From contig NMRA01000596.1 in assembly GCA_002633005.1 (NCBI GenBank), positions 63,494 through 127,493 of the forward strand: a stretch of DNA of 64,000 bases, in the 5' to 3' direction. Positions 63,330-64,000 of this stretch are shown piece after piece. Position 1 is the first letter of the stretch. Each line of letters begins with the position of its first letter. Source of the stretch: Phoronis australis (taxonomy: Eukaryota; Animalia; Phoronida). The notes under the pieces were generated by a model, which saw nothing but the letters and a program-made list of their open reading frames with translations, had not been told where the DNA came from and made no database searches. Both the position numbers and the translations under genes were made by a program.

Positions 63330-64000
63330 GTATGTCTAATGCTGCAATACCATTAACGGTTTGGTGATAATGAACAGTAAGGCTGACGCTGCAGCCAATT
63401 TGCAGTGCCGAAAGGCAGGATGGAATATCAAAAACATAAGTCCTAATCGAGATGTATAACCTCGTGTTTTATTAAAAGTGCAACTACACTTCGCTGATCA
63501 TGAATAATGAAAGCAACGGCTCTGTGTAAGTAAATCTGCGCGACGATTACTGCGTGTACATTTATGGAACAGAGCAGGTGCATTTCACTTTTGCTTTGCT
63601 GATCATTGTAGTACGTTGAAGTGGTTCCCAAGAAGAATCGAAGTGCTTTTCAGCATGTAAATCTACTACTCATTGTTTCCCATATCCCAATGATTATGAA
63701 ATTTATCTTTGTAACTCAGCAGAAAAACTTGTGTTATTGCAATTTGACTTGCAAAAATATTAAACATCAGTCGGTCCAGCTTTCTTGTTAATCCACTTAC
63801 AGGTTTCAAAGGCAGGTCAGTCATGTGATGTATTTCTTTAGCTCTGCGACAGATGGGAGTTCTATCAGTCCAGGATGGGCCTATTGGTTTAGCATAGCGG
63901 TCCCTCTGGAACTGTGGGAGAACGAATATAAGACATCCGGGAATATACGCCTAAAAGTAAAGCACTAAAGGGGGCGTTGCTGCGAGTGACATGATCACAA

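Overview
Eukaryotic, AT-rich, intron-containing DNA. It is most likely from an invertebrate animal; the species cannot be determined from the sequence. The window is dominated by three head-to-tail paralogues on the minus strand: A (5881-21830, last exon not in window), B (26511-39481) and C (45555-56219). Each has a six-exon layout and encodes a secreted ~408-409 aa protein: signal peptide + PAN/Apple + FN3 + a Caspr/neurexin-IV-type fibrinogen/COLFI-like Cys-rich domain. I reconstructed the exons by hand, and their GT-AG sites, lengths and phases agree across copies. Intron 2 of copy A (~12 kb) hosts an antisense nested gene with a single coding exon, encoding a type II membrane GT-A-like protein (15046/15073-16416). 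The rest is degenerate transposable elements: Academ interrupted by Harbinger, a Gmr1-like Gypsy, Tx1/L1 and CR1/L2-group LINEs, a tRNA-SINE, MITEs and satellites. The most striking unannotated signal is the palindrome TACATGTA. It is strongly over-represented, and paralogue alignments show it repeatedly arising as CATGTA inserted at a TA dinucleotide. This looks like a dense record of Tc1/mariner-type excision footprints, with TACWGTA and TAGGCCTA as possible further classes.
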